This document shows, in pieces, positions 10,572 through 21,388 of a DNA stretch of 64,000 nucleotides (the stretch's first letter is position 1; every line of letters begins with the position of its first letter). The stretch is from an uncultured Candidatus Entotheonella sp. (GTDB taxonomy: Bacteria; Tectomicrobia; Entotheonellia; Entotheonellales; Entotheonellaceae), in assembly GCA_965217185.1 (NCBI GenBank), contig OZ244252.1, forward strand, positions 2,496,001 to 2,560,000, written 5' to 3'. The notes under the pieces are model-generated. The model was not told the DNA's origin. It searched no databases and saw only the letters and a program-made list of their open reading frames with translations. A program made the position numbers and the translations under genes.

Positions 10572-11141
10572 TCAGATGGAATCCTGGTGCGGTCGAATGA
10601 GCGACGCCGTTCGGATCAGACCCAGGCGTTCGAGTGCGACCAGGTGTTCGTTTGCGGTTCGCGGTGGATTTCTCAACGCCGCGCGGTGACCGCGAACGGC
10701 CGCGAGCGCAGCTTCCGGGTCGGCATCGAGCAGATCGGCGATGAACACGTCGGGATGCTGCGCGGTGAGGCCGTGGGGAGCCAGACGGTCAGCCGGGAAG
10801 TCGCGCAGGTTGCGGGTCACGATCAGGTCCGCCCCGCCTTCAGTCGCCGCGGCCAACACATGGAGGTCGTCGGCGTCCGGCAGATCAAGTCCGGCGGCTC
10901 GTGCCGAGTATCCTGTCACAACGGCATGGGGAAAGTGCCGGTTCATCACCGCGCGGGTTCGTTCCAATACATCGGCCGTGAGATCGGGGCGGTCAGCCAG
11001 AACGCTCCCTATCCATTCCGCGTGGATGTCCGCGCTCCATAAAGGCGCATACAGGTATTGGTCGGCGAGACGCAGAAGAAAATCCCGAAGGCCGGCCGGA
11101 TAGAGGACGTTGGCGTCGAGCAACGCCGCGAGGACGCTCAT
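10572..11141 (-). CDS. PIN-domain toxin (VapC50-like)
   Basis: LLDANVLYP...LPDADDLHVLAAA...IVTRNLRDF...HPDVF. Confidence 0.85.
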   Translation of the reverse strand: MSVLAALLDANVLYPAGLRDFLLRLADQYLYAPLWSADIHAEWIGSVLADRPDLTADVLERTRAVMNRHFPHAVVTGYSARAAGLDLPDADDLHVLAAATEGGADLIVTRNLRDFPADRLAPHGLTAQHPDVFIADLLDADPEAALAAVRGHRAALRNPPRTANEHLVALERLGLIRTASLIRPHQDSI

Positions 11142-11144
11142 GGA

Positions 11145-11591
11145 CTATTGTAAGCCGAGGTCCTGATCGACGGCGGTAAGTTCATCCAGCGCCTTGCGGC
11201 GACGGGATTCCGTCTCGCGACGGTAGTCAAGGATATCTCGGGCGCGGACGCGGCGATGCGCGCCTACCTTACGGCAGGGGATTCGGCCCTCGTCGAGCAA
11301 CTGCACCAAGTGCGTTCGCGATACCTGCAAGAGGTCGGCTGCCTGGCGCGTCGTCAGTTCCGCATGCAGGGGCGTCAATGCCACGCCATTGCCGTGCGCC
11401 ATGTGGTCCAGTATTTCCTTGAGCAGCCGGACCGCCGACGTCGGGATGTCAACGGGTTCGCCGGTAGCGACGCCGAAACGCGTAGGAACCGGGTCCGATC
11501 CATCACCCCATCCGGCTAGCTTTCGGCCTGCTTGGTCCGCGAGGGCCGCATCGCGGTCGCTCGGAATGCCTATCGCTGTCGTTGCGTTCAT
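11145..11591 (-). CDS. excisionase-like HTH antitoxin
   Basis: ELTTRQAADLLQVSRTHLVQLLDEGRIPCRKVGAHRRV. Confidence 0.85.
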   Translation of the reverse strand: MNATTAIGIPSDRDAALADQAGRKLAGWGDGSDPVPTRFGVATGEPVDIPTSAVRLLKEILDHMAHGNGVALTPLHAELTTRQAADLLQVSRTHLVQLLDEGRIPCRKVGAHRRVRARDILDYRRETESRRRKALDELTAVDQDLGLQ

Positions 11592-12054
11592 CGTAGTTCT
11601 CCATCATCCTACGACAAGGTAGACGACAAACAACACAAATGCAACATCTGACACAAACACCACGATGTCTGTACATCACCGCGCCGAAGCGAACCTGCCC
11701 CGGTAACAACATAGCTGTCGTAGAGTGCCAAATGAACGCCGTTTCATTTAACGACCCGATACTGTTGGCGAACCCCAATTGAATCGGCCAAGTGGCCAAG
11801 TTTGGACAACGGCCGCGAGCCCCGACATGGGCCTCACCATTGACATTGCTGGCTCCCTCCTGTGCGACAAGGGGGGTCAGATGACTGCAAGCAGGGTTCG
11901 CCAACAGTATCCGACCCTTAAGCAAGACACCTCCGACCACCTCCAAATACCTCTTGAAACAACGTCTTTTCTGTTTCATCTGTCCGTCTCACCTTTTACA
12001 CTCTCGATAACTCGTTTGTGCCGTGCATAGATGCAACAGGTAGAGGAGGTCCGC

Positions 12055-12657
12055 ATGAGAAGGCTGGTTGGCTACGCTCGGGTCAGCACTGGCGACCAGG
12101 ACCTGCAGTTACAATTGGACGCACTGAAGGCGGCGGGGTGTGATAAGGTCGCCATCTACACGGACAAGGCGTCTGGTGCTCGTGGAAGCCGGCCCGGACT
12201 CGATGCATGCATCGCCACGCTGAAACCGGGGGATACGCTGGTCGTCTGGCGGCTGGACCGCTTGGGGCGCTCGATGCCGCATCTGGTGGGCCTGGTCGAG
12301 GAGCTGCTGGGCAAGGGCATCGGCTTCCGCTCCCTCCAGGACGGTGCCATCGACACCACCACGGCATCCGGGGAACTCATGTTCAACATATTCTCGAGCC
12401 TAGCGCAGTTCGAGCGGCGGCTCATCCAAGAAAGGACGCAGGCGGGCCTGGCTGCAGCACGGGCGCGGGGCCGTCTCGGCGGTCGCCGGCCGATCAGTCC
12501 TGACGATCCGCGGGTGGTGACTGCCAAGCGACTCCATAAGGACCGCAACCTGAGCATCGACCAGATCTGTGCGACGTTGAGTATCTCACGACCGACCTTT
12601 TATCGTTATCTGGCGTTGCCCGATGTTATCGGCAAGGACTGTACACAGAAACCTTGA
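12055..12657 (+). CDS. serine resolvase/invertase
   Basis: GYARVSTGDQ...VVWRLDRLGRS...AQFERRLIQERT, C-terminal HTH; res-like region upstream. Confidence 0.92.
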   Translation: MRRLVGYARVSTGDQDLQLQLDALKAAGCDKVAIYTDKASGARGSRPGLDACIATLKPGDTLVVWRLDRLGRSMPHLVGLVEELLGKGIGFRSLQDGAIDTTTASGELMFNIFSSLAQFERRLIQERTQAGLAAARARGRLGGRRPISPDDPRVVTAKRLHKDRNLSIDQICATLSISRPTFYRYLALPDVIGKDCTQKP

Positions 12658-12706
12658 AGCTAGCGCCGTGGGTTAAACCGGGGTGAGCTCAGAATCGGTG
12701 GCGGAC

Positions 12707-14336
12707 ATGAGCTGTCAGGACAAAAGAAGAGTTCTAACCAAATTGCTTGGAATAATCGGATTGGTAGGGTTCCTCGCCAGTTGTGGCGGCGGTGGGGAGC
12801 TAGATATTGTAATTCCCGACAGTCTGAATAGCCGTGACTACGCTAAGGCTGCGTACCAAAGCCCAAATTATCACCCATATCAGACAGCTTCTCATGCCTA
12901 TGTGTGGGGTGACACGGTATACATCGGCGGAGATCTTGAGCCGAGAGAGGAGCTTCGCCACGTCGCAACCGAGAGCGGGATAAGGTTCTTTATGGGGGCA
13001 TCTAGGGACGGCGTGGGGATAGACCGGATTCGCAACTATGAAGATGACTTGAGAACCAGGGATGGCTCTGTCCTTGCGTTCTTGTCGTCCGATGGGTTCT
13101 ACCCGTTCCGAGTGCAGCCGAAAATCTGGATACATGACAAGTTTCTGGAGTATCCGGGAACCACTCGGGCCTTGACCGACAGCATCAAGATTTTAAACGA
13201 TGCCCTGCCGCCGGAATTTCAGCTCCAGTTTGCCGGAACTTTCAGCGCTGATGAGTTGCCGCCGTATAGAGAAGGGGAGATCCTCGCCGCGCTTCTGTCA
13301 GCTGACACCGCTAAGGTGCAGTGCGGGGCAGATGCCGTCGCTTGTGCAAGCAGCACCATCCCATTAGGGTGTAAGTCCGAAATTGAGCGATTCTGAGGGG
13401 GTTTGGTACGGCTTGGGGACATGATTGATGCGCGAGGTGACAAAGTGTCACGTAGGACGGTGGGTGATGGGCAGCACTCCTCTGGGGTATTGTTGGTTTA
13501 TCTACAAAATTGGCGCACGGACGGGCCGCCTAACTGGTCAATTTGAGACCTACGCCCTCCCATTAGGTACGAACTACACCCGTTCCGCCATCTTGCGCAT
13601 CCCTGACGATTTCGATACCTCGCAATACACGTTTCCCCGCACGGTCATCATTCACGAGTTCCTGCATGCTCTCGGTATTCAAGGGCACGTGGACAGCATC
13701 GAATTTCCCGACTCTATCATGGGAACGTCGGGCGATTTTTTTCCCAACCCGGGCTTCACAATTCATCGCATCGACAGGGAAGTCTTGCAGATCATGTACA
13801 TGCAACAGAAAACGGACACGTACAACGATTACGGGGAGTGGTCTGATACAATCCTGCACATCGTTGGGCGCTCAGAAGATGAGGTTGTCCACTTTGGCGT
13901 AGCGTTGTTCAACGGCCTGCCACAGCCATGGGCGAGGGGCCGCCTGCCCGATTCCGCCTTGGCCGACAATGCGAACTTGACGGGCACCGTTTCCTGGAGT
14001 GGTCAACTGCTTGCCTTCTCGGGACCATCACCTGTTATCGGCAGTGTTGAGCTTGAAGTGATGCTGAGTAGCCTGGACACGACACAGGACCTGAAATTCC
14101 GTGACCTTTACTTCGTCAACCGATTCGAGAGCGAAGGGGATGATCGCTAGTTCCCGAGCCGCAATCTCGACTATGAGGTGGACATTTCAGGGAACGAGTT
14201 TTCGCACGCCTCCACCGAGGGCCTTATTACGGGGGCCTTCCTTGGGCCTGAACATGAGGCCATGGGAGGGACGATCAAGCGCACAGACCTCGTGGGGGCT
14301 TTCGGTGGAACACGACCTATGGAAGAAAGCCAGTAA
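12707..14336 (+). pseudogene. lipoprotein with HExxH zincin domain and TbpB-like C-terminal barrel, disrupted by a MITE and an in-frame TAG (14148-14150)
   Basis: LASCGGGG lipobox; HEFLHALG; C-terminal GAFLGPEHEAMGGTIKRTDLVGAFGGTR; frame is continuous once the MITE is removed. Confidence 0.7.
13367..13557 (+). mobile_element. 191-bp MITE, copy 1
   Basis: TIRs GGGTGTAAGTCCGAAATTGA / GGGCGTAGGTCTCAAATTGA; 8-bp TSD TCCCATTA. Confidence 0.95.
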
Positions 14337-14390
14337 GCCGAGGGGACTCCAACAGATTGGCTCGTCATCGCTGCCCGTCTCTCCCCGTCA

Positions 14391-14418
14391 ACTTCTGATA
14401 AGCGGTATTCTGTTAACT
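14391..14418 (+). other. dif-like Xer site (C|D)
   Basis: ACTTCTGATAA gcggta TTCTGTTAACT. Confidence 0.7.
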
Positions 14419-14755
14419 TCCGGGACTGCTCCGGACGCCGGGACGAATTTGGCACTCTGTGACAGCTATGTTGTTACTGGGCCCGACTGCAGGTATCCAA
14501 CAGTGCGTGGCGCGGTCGTGACGGCACTGTCGCCGATAGCGGCCTGTCTGCCTGGGGCAACGTGAACCGGGTTGTCTTGAGGATTGGCGCTGACGGCGGC
14601 ACGGCCTTGCTCAAGAAGTCGTCGCAGGATTGAATGCCGCGGACCCAAGGGTCAAAGCGTTTGAGACGCAGTGGGATGCCTTGGGCCTGAGAATTCAGCC
14701 GGCAGGGGCCGAAAACGTGACAAATATCTCTTTCACGTTCCGGGCCACATCCTTT

Positions 14756-15925
14756 GGACTCTCGCCAAATTAGATCATCCATTTTTACGAAATAACCTGG
14801 TAGGCTGTGCGGATGAACGCCGTGTCGCAGACCATCAAAGAGAAGTTCGAGGCACTGAAGCCGTTGTTGGACGAACGAGGCCGGCGTCGATGGGCGGCGA
14901 CCGAAGCCCGCGCCATCGGTCGTGGCGGTATCGAACGGGTGTTCCAGGCGACCGGCATCGCACGCAGCACGGTGCGCGCAGGCTTGCAGGAACTGGGCGC
15001 TACGCAGTCGCAGGGTCCGCCAGCGGCGCCAGCGGGACGGCAACGCCGAGCGGGCGGGGGCCGCAAGCGGCTGAGCGAACAGGACCCGGACCTGCGCACG
15101 GCGTTGGAGCAGTTGGTTGAACCGCTCAGCCGTGGTGATCCGACAAGTCCGTTGCGCTGGACCTGCAAAAGTGCAGCGAAGTTGGCCGCGCAACTGCAAG
15201 CGGCGGGTCATCCGGTCAGTGAACGGACGGTGAACCGGATGCTGCACGAGTTGGGCTACCGGTTGCAGACGAACCGCAAGACGCTGGAAGGCCGCCAGCA
15301 TCCTGATCGGGACGCGCAGTTTGCGCATATCAACGAACGCTGCCAAGCGTTCCAGGCGCAGGGTCAGCCGGTGATATCGGTAGACACGAAGAAGAAGGAA
15401 TTGATAGGCCAGTACCGCAACGGCGGGCGAGAATGGCGACCGCAGGGGCGGCCGGAGGAGGTGAAGGTGTACGACTTCCCGGACAAGGAGTTGGGCAAGG
15501 CGATTCCTTGCGGGGTGTACGACTTGGTGGCCAACGAGGGCTGGGTCAGTGTCGGGGTGGACCCCGACACGGCGGCGTTTGCGGTGGCGACGATTCGGCG
15601 TTGGTGGCGGCAGATGGGATGGCGTGTCTATGGCGGGGCACAGCGCTTGCTGATCACGGCGGCCGGTGGCGGCTCCAACGCCAGCCGCAACCGCCTGTGG
15701 AAGTTGGAGCTGCAGCGGCTTGCCGATGAGCTGGGGCTGGCGATATCGGTGTGCCATTTTCCGCCCGGAACGAGCAAGTGGAACAAGATCGAGCACCGGA
15801 TGTTCTGTCACATTACCGAGAACTGGCGTGGACGCCCGTTGGTAAGCCGTGAGGCGGTGGTGAACTTGATCGGCAACACGACTACGAAGGGCGGTCTGGA
15901 GATACAGGCGGAGTTGGACGGTGGA
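14756..15925 (+). mobile_element. ISAzo13-family IS, transposase from 14807, 3'-truncated
   Basis: GDPTSPLRWTCKS, ISVDTKKKE, HFPPGTSKWNKIEHRMF; left IR at about 14756-14778. Confidence 0.88.
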
Positions 15926-16025
15926 AGACAGTATGGGCCGGTAAGAACTAAGGGAACAGAGCCGGGGAATGACTTTCCCCGGCTCTGGGCTATAACTTGC
16001 AAAATGACAAGGAGATGTATCAGGT

Positions 16026-16533
16026 ATGCGACACTTAGTTATTGGTTTGGGCGTAGGTCTCAAATTGACCAGTTAGGCGGCCCGTCCGTGCGCCAATTTT
16101 GTAGATAAACCAACAATACCCCAGAGGAGTGCTGCCCATCACCCACCGTCCTACGTGACACTTTGTCACCTCGCGCATCAATCATGTCCCCAAGCCGTAC
16201 CAGACCCCCTCAGAATCGCTCAATTTCGGACTTACACCCATTGGTTTGTTGCTTGTCGTTCTGGCCGGATGCGGTGGAAACGATGAAAGTGGTGGAATCC
16301 TGCCCATGTACGACTTGACTGGGATCTGGGAAGCCGCGGCACCGGTAGAATGCAGTGGCACCTTTGCTCGACTTTGTACAAAGTTGGTCAAGGTCAGTGC
16401 GTATAACAGGCCGATTGCATCAAGCCCTGTAGATAGACTCGAGGGATTTCTACCCACTCCGTGTCGGGCGTTGATGTTGAAAAACACTCGACCTCCCATA
16501 GATGCTGCCGTACCGCTGCCAAAGCATCGCTGA
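16026..16533 (+). pseudogene. lipoprotein whose signal peptide is split by MITE copy 2
   Basis: removing the MITE gives MRHLVIGLLLVVLAGCGGND...; AAGGAG RBS upstream. Confidence 0.65.
16049..16239 (-). mobile_element. 191-bp MITE, copy 2
   Basis: inverted near-identical copy; TSD ATTGGTTT. Confidence 0.95.
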
Positions 16534-16802
16534 ACGTTGCAGGGTAAGCGCATATGGCGTTATTCGGGGGCAAACCGCTTGCGTCTAGTCTTTACCCTCG
16601 ACGGAATATCAAGGGGTAATTCGAAAATTGCTGAAACCAAACGCATGGCAATGCTCATATGCGCTTACTTGGGCTGGCAACCCATGCTTCAGGGGCGGAT
16701 CTGTTGGCACCCCGGGCAATCTGTTACCATGCCGGGCTGACACCGCAGCCGAGTGCAAAGGAAGTCGGCTTGCGCGCCGCAAATCCGACCTGCATCGAAG
16801 GA

Positions 16803-17210
16803 ATGAGCGTGCCCGGAATTCTCGACCGGTTGGCACAAAACGCCCGTGTGCACCTGTACGAATTTCTGCAGCGGCACGTCTTCACCGCGCCCGCCGGCGC
16901 GCCATGGCAGGACACCGGCGACTGGCCGGACGAACCCCTCCATGACGACGACGCCGAGCCGCATGAGCCGTCCGGCCCGCTGCCCTACAGCACCGAGCTC
17001 GCTCGAGCGTATCGGGTTCTCGACCTGCCCTTTGGCGCGCCGCTGGCGAACGCTGACCGGCGTTGGAAGACCTACCTGAAACGCTGCCATCCGGACCGTT
17101 TTCACGCCGATCCGAGCCGACAGGCCGACGCCACCGAACTCACCCAGCAACTGAACGCAGCCCACGACCTTATCGAAGCCGCCTGGAAGAACGCCAGCAG
17201 GTCGGATTAG
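16803..17210 (+). CDS. J-domain (DnaJ-like) protein
   Basis: AYRVLDLP...CHPDRF...TQQLNAAHDLI. Confidence 0.75.
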   Translation: MSVPGILDRLAQNARVHLYEFLQRHVFTAPAGAPWQDTGDWPDEPLHDDDAEPHEPSGPLPYSTELARAYRVLDLPFGAPLANADRRWKTYLKRCHPDRFHADPSRQADATELTQQLNAAHDLIEAAWKNASRSD

Positions 17211-17275
17211 CGCAGCGTAATCCGAGCATCACCAGCCCTGGGAGCACAGGTACCCATCAACCGGGAGGAAACGCA

Positions 17276-18313
17276 ATGCCCACTCTTGCACCACAAGAAC
17301 TTCATCGGATTGGCGATGACATCTTGCAGGCCGCCGGGGCGTCCGGCGAGGAAGCGCAAATCGTCATGCAGCACCTGGTAGGGGCCAACCTCGCCGGGCA
17401 CGACTCGCACGGCATCATCCTGCTGCCCACCTACATCGCGCGCATCAAACGGTCCCACATCGTGCCCGGGGCGCCGATGGAAGTGGAGCGCGAAACGCCA
17501 ACCAGCGCCCACATCAACGGCAACTGGGGCTTCGGCTACGTGGTCACCACGCGCGCCATGGAAATGGCCATCGCCAAGGCCAGCGAGCGCCAGGTGGCGG
17601 CCATCACCATCTACCAGCAAAGCCACGTCGGGCGCCTAGCCGATTATCCCCTGATGGCCGCCCGCGCCGGCATGATCGGCCTGATCACCTGCGACTCCGG
17701 GCGCGGTCCCAAGGCCGTGGCGCCGTTCGGCGGACGCGAGGCGCGCCTCGGCACCAATCCGCTGTCGGTGGCCTTCCCCAGCGACCTTGAGGGGCCGATC
17801 TTCCTCGACATGGCCACCAGCGCCGTGGCCGCCGGCAAGCTGGCCGTGCGCCGCAGCCGCGGCGAAGCGGCGCCGCCCGGCTGGGTCATCGACAAGCACG
17901 GCAACCCCACCACCGACCTCGGCGTCTACTACGACGGCGGCGCCATCCTGCCCATGGGCGGCGATCAGGGCCACAAGGGCTTCGTGCTGTCCTTCATGGT
18001 CGAAACCCTGTCCGGCATTCTCACCGGCCTCGGCTTCGGCATCGATCCGCAAGGGCGGCACAACGACGGCTCCTTCCTGGCCGTGTTCGACGTCGAGGCG
18101 TTCCGGCCCCTCGCCGAATTCAAGCGCGACATCGCTGCCTTCGTTGACTACCTCAAGGCCACGCCACCGGCGGCAGGCTTCACCGAAGTGCTCTACCCCG
18201 GCGAGCTGGAATTCCGCACCACGCAGCAGCGCCAACGCGACGGCATCTACGTGGAGGACGCCACCTGGGATCTCATTACCGGGCTGCAGCAGGAATACGG
18301 TCTGAGCGGGTGA
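17276..18313 (+). CDS. Ldh_2-family (malate/L-lactate dehydrogenase-like) oxidoreductase
   Basis: GHDSHG, SHVGRLADY, LGTNP, LDMATS, GHKG, YPGE. Confidence 0.9.
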   Translation: MPTLAPQELHRIGDDILQAAGASGEEAQIVMQHLVGANLAGHDSHGIILLPTYIARIKRSHIVPGAPMEVERETPTSAHINGNWGFGYVVTTRAMEMAIAKASERQVAAITIYQQSHVGRLADYPLMAARAGMIGLITCDSGRGPKAVAPFGGREARLGTNPLSVAFPSDLEGPIFLDMATSAVAAGKLAVRRSRGEAAPPGWVIDKHGNPTTDLGVYYDGGAILPMGGDQGHKGFVLSFMVETLSGILTGLGFGIDPQGRHNDGSFLAVFDVEAFRPLAEFKRDIAAFVDYLKATPPAAGFTEVLYPGELEFRTTQQRQRDGIYVEDATWDLITGLQQEYGLSG

Positions 18314-18373
18314 TGTGCGTGCGTGGCAGCCCTGCAATCCGGGCCCGCCCTTTCAAAACAGGAGGATGGCAGT

Positions 18374-18640
18374 GTGACGAGATCGTTGACCATCGACTAC
18401 CGCGATGACGTCCTGCTGGCCTTGGGTTTGACCCCTGAGGAGTTCCGAGAAGAGGCAAAGATACTCATTGCCGTCAAGCTCTACGAAATGGGCCGATTGT
18501 CCACCGGTGCAGCGGCTGATTTGGCAGGCGTTCCCAAGACATTATTCTTGACCAAGTTGGCGGACTACGGCGTCAACACCTTTGACCTGTCTGAGGAAGA
18601 GCTTCAGCGCGACGTGGCCAATGCGCGCCGTCATCTGTAA
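18374..18640 (+). CDS. UPF0175 antitoxin-like protein
   Basis: AVKLYEMGRLSTGAAADLAGVPKTLFLTKLADYGV. Confidence 0.85.
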   Translation: MTRSLTIDYRDDVLLALGLTPEEFREEAKILIAVKLYEMGRLSTGAAADLAGVPKTLFLTKLADYGVNTFDLSEEELQRDVANARRHL

Positions 18641-19011
18641 TACGTCACCGCTCCAGTATCTGCATCAAATCGATCTTCTGCACCTGCTGCCGACCCTGTT
18701 TGGGCCAGTGCAGGTGCCATCGGCCGTGGTGGCTGAACTGAGCGAAGGCCGAAGGCGGGGGAAAAGAAGTCCTCGCACTGGGGCTGGAGACTTCCGGCGC
18801 CCTGCTCGTCCTGGATGATCGGGACGCGCGGCGGCATGCCATCGCAATGGGATTGGAGATTACCGGGACAGTCGGCATCTTGCTGTTGGCGAAGGAACGC
18901 GGCATTCTCGATTCGATTCAACCCGCTCTGGCTCGTCTCCAGGCGTTACGATTCCGACTGAGCGCCGAAACCCGCCGGATCGTGCTCGATTTGGCTGGGG
19001 AGAACGCTTGA
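18621..19011 (+). pseudogene. DUF3368 PIN-like protein with an internal deletion/frameshift at about 18760
   Basis: MRAVICNTSPLQYL...VPSAVVAEL, then another frame EKEVLALG...LDDRDARR...GTVGILLLAK. Confidence 0.8.
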
Positions 19012-19127
19012 ACGCCGGCATGGATTTGTTGCAATAACCTGGGCAATCATGCAGACTTACGCCGTTTTTGCCGCCCCCAGCCTGCGGGCAACACGTCCCC
19101 CCGCCCCGGAGCCAGCGAACAGCGCTT

Positions 19128-19901
19128 ATGATGCTCGGCGTGCTTACCCAACTCGGCAGTGTCACCCTGACGCGACTCGCCGCTCTCGGACGAGCCGGGT
19201 TTTTTGTCGGGCAGGTGCTGGCGCTTGTCGTCGTGCCGCCGCTCAAGGGGCGGCTCATCGTGCAGCAGATGCACTTCATCGGGGCGCGCTCCGTGCTGGT
19301 CATCGCCCTGACGGGCGCCTTCGCCGGCATGGTACTGGGCCTGCAGGGCTTTAACGTGCTGACGCGGTTCGGCTCCGAGGCCCTGCTCGGGCAGTTCGTG
19401 TCGCTGACGCTGATTACCGAGCTGGGGCCGGTGTTTGCGGCCATCATGGTGACGGCGCGGGCCGGCTCGGCGATTACGGCGCAGATCGGCATCATGCGCA
19501 TCACCGAGCAGCTCGACGCCATGACCGTCATGGCCCTGAATCCGTTGCGCTACGTGGCGGTGCCGAACGTCGTGGCGGGCACCCTGGTGATGCCGCTGCT
19601 CGGCGCCATGTTCTCGGTCGTCGGCATCTGGGGCGGCTACGTCGCCGGGGTGCTGATCCTCGGCGTCAACCGCGGCACGTATTTCGGCGGCATCGCCGAC
19701 GTGGTCGATCTGCAGGACGTGACGAACGGCGCATACAAATCCCTGTGCTTCGGGCTTGTCGTGCTGCTCGTCTGTTGTTTCAAGGGCTACCGCGCGGGAT
19801 ACGGCGCCGAGGGCGTCAGCAAGGCGACCACGGAAGCGGTGGTCATCTCGGCGGTGCTCATCCTGGTGCTGGATTACGTTCTCAACACGGTGCTGCTGTG
19901 A
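19128..19901 (+). CDS. mlaE: MlaE-family ABC permease
   Basis: ELGPVFAAIMVTARAGSAITAQIGIMRITEQLDAM; GAEGVSKATT. Confidence 0.9.
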   Translation: MMLGVLTQLGSVTLTRLAALGRAGFFVGQVLALVVVPPLKGRLIVQQMHFIGARSVLVIALTGAFAGMVLGLQGFNVLTRFGSEALLGQFVSLTLITELGPVFAAIMVTARAGSAITAQIGIMRITEQLDAMTVMALNPLRYVAVPNVVAGTLVMPLLGAMFSVVGIWGGYVAGVLILGVNRGTYFGGIADVVDLQDVTNGAYKSLCFGLVVLLVCCFKGYRAGYGAEGVSKATTEAVVISAVLILVLDYVLNTVLL

Positions 19902-20680
19902 CGTCCGCCGCGCCGCCGGCCCCGGACCATCCGGTCATCCGCGCCGAGGGGCTGTACAAGCGCTTCGGCGGACAGGTCGTGCTGCGCGGCGTGGACCTCG
20001 ACGTCATGCCGGGCGAGGTGCTCGCCATCGTCGGCCGCAGCGGCGCCGGCAAGAGCGTGCTGCTGAAAAACCTCATCGGCCTGTCGCAGCCCGACAGCGG
20101 CGCCGTTGTGGTGGCGGGTGAGGACCTGCACCGGGCACGGGGGCGACGCCTGTCGCGCCTGCGCGAACGGTTCGGCATGCTGTTCCAGGGCGGCGCGCTG
20201 TTCGATTCGCTCAGCGTCGCCGACAACGTGGCGTTCCCGCTGCGCGAGAAGACGCGGCAGTCGCCCGGCGAGATTGCCGGGACGGTAGAAGAAATGCTCA
20301 CGAGCGTCGGCCTGCATGGGATGGACGACAAGTTTCCGGCCGAATTGAGCGGCGGCATGCGCAAGCGGGTCGCTTTGGCGCGCGCCCTGGCGCATCGCCC
20401 GGAGATCATGCTGTTCGACGAGCCGACGACCGGCCTCGACCCCATCATGGTGCGGGCCATCCACCGGCTCATCGCCGACACGCAGCAGCGTTTCCACTAC
20501 ACCGCCGTGGTGGTCAGCCACGAGGTGCCGGGAATTTTCGAGATTGCCTCCCGCGTTGCCATGCTGCACGAGGGCGCGTTGCTGGAGGTCGCCACGCCGG
20601 ACGCCTTCCAGGCATCCGCCAACCCCGTGGTGCAGCAGTTCATTGCCGGACGCCTCGAAGGGCCGCTCACGCCTACCTAG
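19898..20680 (+). CDS. mlaF: MlaF-family ABC ATPase
   Basis: GRSGAGKS, ELSGGMRKRVALARAL, DEPTTGLDP. Confidence 0.9.
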   Translation: MTSAAPPAPDHPVIRAEGLYKRFGGQVVLRGVDLDVMPGEVLAIVGRSGAGKSVLLKNLIGLSQPDSGAVVVAGEDLHRARGRRLSRLRERFGMLFQGGALFDSLSVADNVAFPLREKTRQSPGEIAGTVEEMLTSVGLHGMDDKFPAELSGGMRKRVALARALAHRPEIMLFDEPTTGLDPIMVRAIHRLIADTQQRFHYTAVVVSHEVPGIFEIASRVAMLHEGALLEVATPDAFQASANPVVQQFIAGRLEGPLTPT

Positions 20681-20717
20681 CGTTGCTTCGGATCATAAGG
20701 GCTTGAGAGCGAGCCTG

Positions 20718-20868
20718 CGTCACTCCGGCGAAAGAATGTCACCCCGGACTTGATCCGGGGGCCAAGCACGGAATGACGCTTTGAGGGTATTCAATGGTTC
20801 ATCACTCCCTCCTTGAGGGGGAGTCGGCGAAACAAGGGCGCAGCCCGCAGGCGAGCCGGTGGGGGGAA
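20718..20868. repeat. REP-like palindromic elements between mlaF and mlaD
   Basis: CGTCACTCCG...CGGAATGACG hairpin, homologous in inverted orientation to about 61462-61535; second hairpin ACTCCCTCCTTGAGGGGGAGT. Confidence 0.6.
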
Positions 20869-20940
20869 CTCATCGCAGTGCAACCCATGCAATGAGAACC
20901 GAAAGTGCTCTAGCCTTGCGGGGTTTCACTTGGAGGGGAC

Positions 20941-21381
20941 ATGAAACAACTCCGTCTTGAAGCGGTTGTCGGCTTGTTCGTCTTGGTGGGGCTGGGCTGC
21001 CTGGCGTATCTGTCCGTGCAGATGGCCAGGGTGCAGCTTTTCGGCAGCAACATGTATACGCTGACCGCCGTCTTTCCAACCGTGTCCGGCCTGCGCAGCG
21101 GCGCTTCGGTGGAGATCGCCGGGGTGACGGTGGGCCACGTGCAGCGTGTCGAGCTGGACGGGTTTGACGCCGTGGTCACCATGCGCGTGCACAAAGACGT
21201 TCAACTCAGCAAGGACGCGATTGTCTCCATCCGCACCCGCGGCCTGATCGGCGAGAAGTATCTGCGCGTCAGCCAGGGCGCCGACGACCGGACGATTCCG
21301 GCCGGCGGGCGTGTGCGGGAGGTCGAGCCGCCGCTCGACTTCGAGGAAATGATTGCCCAGCTTATCCAGGGGAAAATTTAA
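20941..21381 (+). CDS. mlaD: MlaD (MCE domain)
   Basis: VSGLRSGASVEIAGVTVGHV...IRTRGLIGEKYL. Confidence 0.9.
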   Translation: MKQLRLEAVVGLFVLVGLGCLAYLSVQMARVQLFGSNMYTLTAVFPTVSGLRSGASVEIAGVTVGHVQRVELDGFDAVVTMRVHKDVQLSKDAIVSIRTRGLIGEKYLRVSQGADDRTIPAGGRVREVEPPLDFEEMIAQLIQGKI

Positions 21382-21388
21382 GGTGACC

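Larger units (their letters stand above)
11697..14483. mobile_element. unit bounded by 37-bp inverted repeats, carrying a resolvase and a lipoprotein pseudogene
   Basis: GCCCCGGTAACAACATAGCTGTCGTAGAGTGCCAAAT at 11697-11733 and an inverted copy at 14447-14483. Confidence 0.6.
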
